Shown piece by piece: positions 63,010-64,000 of a stretch of DNA of 64,000 nucleotides. Source of the DNA: Lytechinus pictus. Its lineage: Eukaryota. The position numbers were made by a program, and so were the translations under genes. Position 1 is the stretch's first letter; each line of letters starts with the position of its first letter. The stretch lies in assembly GCF_037042905.1 (NCBI RefSeq), contig NC_087250.1, positions 18,974,001-19,038,000 on the forward strand, read 5' to 3'. The notes under the pieces are model-generated. The model searched no databases, had not been told where the DNA came from, and saw nothing but the letters and a program-made list of their open reading frames with translations.

Positions 63010-63363
63010 ACTGTCCACCCCCCTAACCACACATGTGACGCACAGAATGTCTTGTATTGCATAATGTGTACCAAATGCCCGGGGGTCACTTACATTGGTG
63101 AAACCAGCACCAAATTTCGCACCAGATTCAATAACCACAAAAGCTCCATCACCAAAAACAAAAAGGACTTTCCAGTGGCCGACCACTTCAACCTCCCTAA
63201 TCACTCTGTCAAAGATATCAAAGTCTGCATCTTCGGCGGAGGATACAGATCGGCAGAGGAACGGAAATGGGCTGAGCTGAGACATATCGTCAAAAGCCGC
63301 ACGTTTGAAAGTGGCCTGAACAAAGATCTGTCTTGGCTCAACGCATTCACATTCTATAGATAA
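63010..63363 (+). pseudogene. Penelope GIY-YIG endonuclease domain fragment
   Basis: VLY...C..C...YIGET...R...H...HF...H...E...GLN motifs. Confidence 0.88.
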
Positions 63364-63677
63364 TCATATCTTTTTCCTCTTTGCCTTAATTTCCTTAATT
63401 CAGCTATCTTGTTTATTATGATCTCTCTGTGCAATGTGCAGCGTGCGCGGTCTCAGTTAGACACTCTTATTATTACGAAATATTTTTATTGTTACGAAAC
63501 CTAAATCATACTCTTTTATTATTACGTAACTTACGTCATTAATGGTCTATTACCCAAAAGCGCGCACTATACATTCATAACAGCATTTTGCGCAGCTAGC
63601 AGTTGTTACCCTAGTCCCGCTGAGATCGCACACGCTTTAATAAAAACAACTGTCATTCAAACTTGTCACAATTCACG

Positions 63678-63722
63678 AATCTTCCCTGAAGAAGGTAGAT
63701 GTCTACCGAAAATTTGGAGATT
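63678..63722 (+). ncRNA. Minimal hammerhead ribozyme motif in the Penelope pLTR
   Basis: aatcttcc-CTGAAGA-a-ggtag(atgt)ctacc-GAAA-attt-ggagatt: both core boxes, a perfect stem II and a short palindromic stem III. Confidence 0.7.
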
Positions 63723-63832
63723 GAATAAAAGAACTTAACTGTTGGCACTTCAAAAACTGCATTACTCGTGAATTTGTTTCGCATTTCTGATGTCTTATTA
63801 TTATTATTGCCAATACGTGGAAAACCAAGATG

Positions 63833-63868
<36 letters not shown>

Positions 63869-64000
63869 TATGTGTGTGAGGGTGTGTGTGTGTGTGTGTG
63901 AGTGTGCGTGGGTGTGTGTGTATATAAAATTTTAAATACAAAATATACTGAATGTTTGATGTGAATGTCTTAAGGGTCTGTGGCTGATTCGCCAAAGGAG

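Larger units (their letters stand above)
60290..63835 (+). mobile_element. 5'-truncated Penelope-like element (GIY-YIG endonuclease end plus 3' pLTR), interrupted by a Harbinger element and inserted in (TA)n
   Basis: RQPPSIRKLLVRS...CGKPRCQVC (60289-60523) continues as HTCDAQNVLYCIMCTKCPGVTYIGETSTKFRTRFNNHK...VADHFNLPNH...GLN (63010-63363). TA repeats lie on both sides. Confidence 0.9.

Overview
AT-rich animal genomic DNA that is intron-rich and densely packed with transposons. The repeat families suggest an invertebrate deuterostome such as a sea urchin, but this is inference only. Two host genes are visible. (1) The first coding exon of an NHERF-family PDZ scaffold gene on the minus strand (9232-9349); the rest lies left of the window. 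(2) A plus-strand multi-exon gene (about 44.3-59.0 kb, continuing past the window) whose splice phases join a signal-peptide-like N-terminus, a sushi/CCP domain, a Thr-rich mucin stalk, one transmembrane helix and a cytoplasmic caspase p20 exon: a candidate receptor-type transmembrane caspase, the main finding. Mobile DNA includes an intact I-group (Nimb-like) LINE with RNase H and a duplicated 3' end, lying inside a four-level nest. It also includes a Penelope GIY-YIG element with a hammerhead motif that is split by a decayed Harbinger transposon, an L1/Tx1 fragment, and many Kolobok-, MULE-, Harbinger- and Tc1-type MITEs. Also notable are a SINE whose head resembles 7SL RNA, an element with ~470-bp terminal direct repeats, and a tRNA-like gene with a TCA anticodon. 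All calls were made by eye with no database search.
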